This document shows, piece by piece, positions 61,706-64,000 of a DNA stretch of 64,000 nt. The stretch's first letter is position 1. The number at the start of each line of letters is the position of its first letter. The DNA is taken from the NCBI GenBank assembly GCA_950097015.1, contig CATNEN010000038.1, forward strand, positions 17,112,001-17,176,000. The letters are read 5' to 3'. Source of the DNA: Macrostomum hystrix (Eukaryota > Animalia > Platyhelminthes). The notes beneath the pieces are model-generated. The model had not been told where the DNA came from and made no database searches. It saw only the letters and a program-made list of their open reading frames with translations. A program made the position numbers and the translations under genes.

Positions 61706-64000
61706 AAATCCCTCAATCCTATGAGTAAGATATCAAGCGGAAAATCCCTCAAACTCAATGAGTAAGATATCAAGCGGAAAATCCAACAATCCTATGAGTA
61801 AGATATCAAGCGGAAAATCCCTCAAACTCAATGAGTAAGATTTCAAGCGGAAAATCCCTCAAACTCAATGAGTAAGATATCAAGCAAAAAATCCAACAAT
61901 TCTATGAGTAAGATATCAAGCGGAAAATCCCTCAAACTCAATGAGTCAGATATCAAGCGGAAAATCCCTCAAACTCAATGAGTAAGATATCAAGCGGAAA
62001 ATCCCTCAAACTCAATGAGTAAGATATCAAGCAAAAAATCCAACAATCCTATGAGTAAGATATCAAGCAAAAATCCAACAATCCTATGAGTAAGATATCA
62101 AGCGGAAAATCCAACAATCCTATGAGTAAGATATCAAGCAGAAAATCCCACAATCCTATGAGTAAGATATCAAGCAAAAATCCAACAATCCTATGAGCCA
62201 GATATCAGGCAAAAAATCCCACAAGCTCATGAGTCAGATATCAAGCAAAAAATCCCACAATCCTATGAGTAAGATATCAAGCAAAAAATCCAACAATCCT
62301 ATGAGTCAGATATCAAGCAAAAAATCCCACAAGCTCATGAGTCAGATATCAAGCAAAAAATCCCACAATCCTATGAGTAAGATATCAAGCAAAAAATCCA
62401 ACAATCCTATGAGTCAGATATCAAGCAAAAAATCCCACAAGCTCATGAGTCAGATATCAAGCAAAAAATCCCACAAGCTCATGAGTCAGATATCAAGCAA
62501 AAAATCCCACAAGCTCATGAGTCAGATATCAAGCAAAAAATCCCACAATCCTATGAGTCACATATCAAGCAAAAAATCCCACAAGCTCATGAGTAAGATA
62601 TCAAGCAAAAAATCCCACAAGCTCATGAGTCAGATATCAAGCAAAAAATCCCACAAGCTCATGAGTCAGATATCAAGCAAAAAATCCCACAAGCTCATGA
62701 GTCAGATATCAAGCAAAAAATCCCACAAGCTCATGAGTCAGATATCAAGCAAAAAATCCCACAAGCTCATGAGTCAGATATCAAGCAAAAAATCCCACAA
62801 TCCTATGAGTAAGATATCAAGCAAAAAATCCCACAAGCTCATGAGTAAGATATCAAGCAAAAGATCCCACAAGCTCATGAGTCAGATATCAAGCAAAAGA
62901 TCCCACAAGCCCATAAGTCAGATATCAAGCAAAAGATCCCACAAGCTCATGAGTAAGTTATCAACTAGCAAATTCCACAAGCTCATGAGTAAGTTATCAA
63001 CTAGCAAATTCCACAAGCTCTTGAGTAAGTTATCAACTAGCAAATTCCACAAGCTCATGAGTAAGTTATCAACTAGCAAATTCCACAAGCTCATGAGTAA
63101 GATATCAACTAGCAAATTCCACAAGCTCATGGTTATCAACTAGCAAATTACACAAGCTCATGAGTAAGATATCAACTAGCAAATTCCACAAGCTCATGGT
63201 TATCAACTAGCAAATTACACAAGCTCATGAGAAAGATATCAACTAGCAAATTACACAAGCTCATGGTTATCAACTAGCAAATAACACAAGCTCATGGTTA
63301 TCAACTAGCAAATTACACAAGCTCATGAGAAAGATATCAACTAGCAAATTACACAAGCTCATGGTTATCAACTAGCAAATTACACAAGCTCATGGTTATC
63401 AACTAGCAAATTACACAAGCTCATGGTTATCAACTAGCAAATTACACAAGCTCATGAGTAAGATATCAACTAGCAAATTCCACAAGCTCATGGTTATCAA
63501 CTAGCAAATTACACAAGCTCATGAGTAAGATATCAACTAGCAAATTCCACAAGCTCATGGTTATCAACTAGCAAATTACACAAGCTCATGGTTATCAACT
63601 AGCAAATTACACAAGCTCATGGTTATCAACTAGCAAATTACACAAGCTCATGAGAAAGATATCAACTAGCAAATTCCACAAGCTCATGAGTAAGTTATCA
63701 ACTAGCAAATTACACAAGCTCATGGTTATCAACTAGCAAATTACACAAGCTCATGAGAAAGATATCAACTAGCAAATTCCACAAGCTCATGAGTAAGTTA
63801 TCAACTAGCAAATTACACAAGCTCATGGTTATCAACTAGCAAATTACACAAGCTCATGAGAAAGATATCAACTAGCAAATTCCACAAGCTCATGGTTATC
63901 AACTAGCAAATTACACAAGCTCATGAGTAAGATATCAACTAGCAAATTCCACAAGCTCATGGTTATCAACTAGCAAATTACACAAGCTCATGAGTAAGAT
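61706..64000. repeat. 36-bp satellite (ATGAGTCAGATATCAAGCAAAAAATCCCACAAGCTC)n changing to mixed 36/31-bp units; runs off the window
   Basis: Tandem array in a BRIP1 intron; ORF 62193..63143 is its 12-aa periodic translation. Confidence 0.95.

Noticed and set aside
62193-63143. 316-aa Ser/Lys-rich ORF
   Set aside because: 36-bp satellite, antisense within a BRIP1 intron; neighbouring units break the frame.

Overview
Eukaryotic (metazoan) genomic DNA. Dense private minisatellites, CAG/poly-Gln-rich exons and GT-AG introns suggest an invertebrate such as the flatworm Macrostomum, but that is an inference. Most long ORFs in the track are translations of tandem repeats. Four genes can be reconstructed by hand: (1) a minus-strand 7xC2H2 zinc-finger gene (large exon 28719-25050, spliced across a ~10 kb intron to a Gln/His-rich last exon 15032-14596); (2) a plus-strand AIP3-domain SRCIN1/KIAA1217-like gene (45356-50414, at least 10 exons); (3) a two-exon FAM78-family gene (51846-53028); (4) a minus-strand FANCJ/BRIP1 Fe-S helicase (61669-53774, 5' part beyond the window). 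Mobile DNA comprises an internally deleted Tc1/mariner (maT-like, D38D spacing), a 4.66 kb foldback-type CCC...GGG element with a 3-bp TSD inserted into a minisatellite, five copies of a tRNA-derived SINE, and a 199-bp LTR. The LTR is followed by a 44-nt reverse copy of mature tRNA-Leu with a substitution exactly at A58. This looks like a fossilised reverse-transcription read-through intermediate and is the most unusual signal found.
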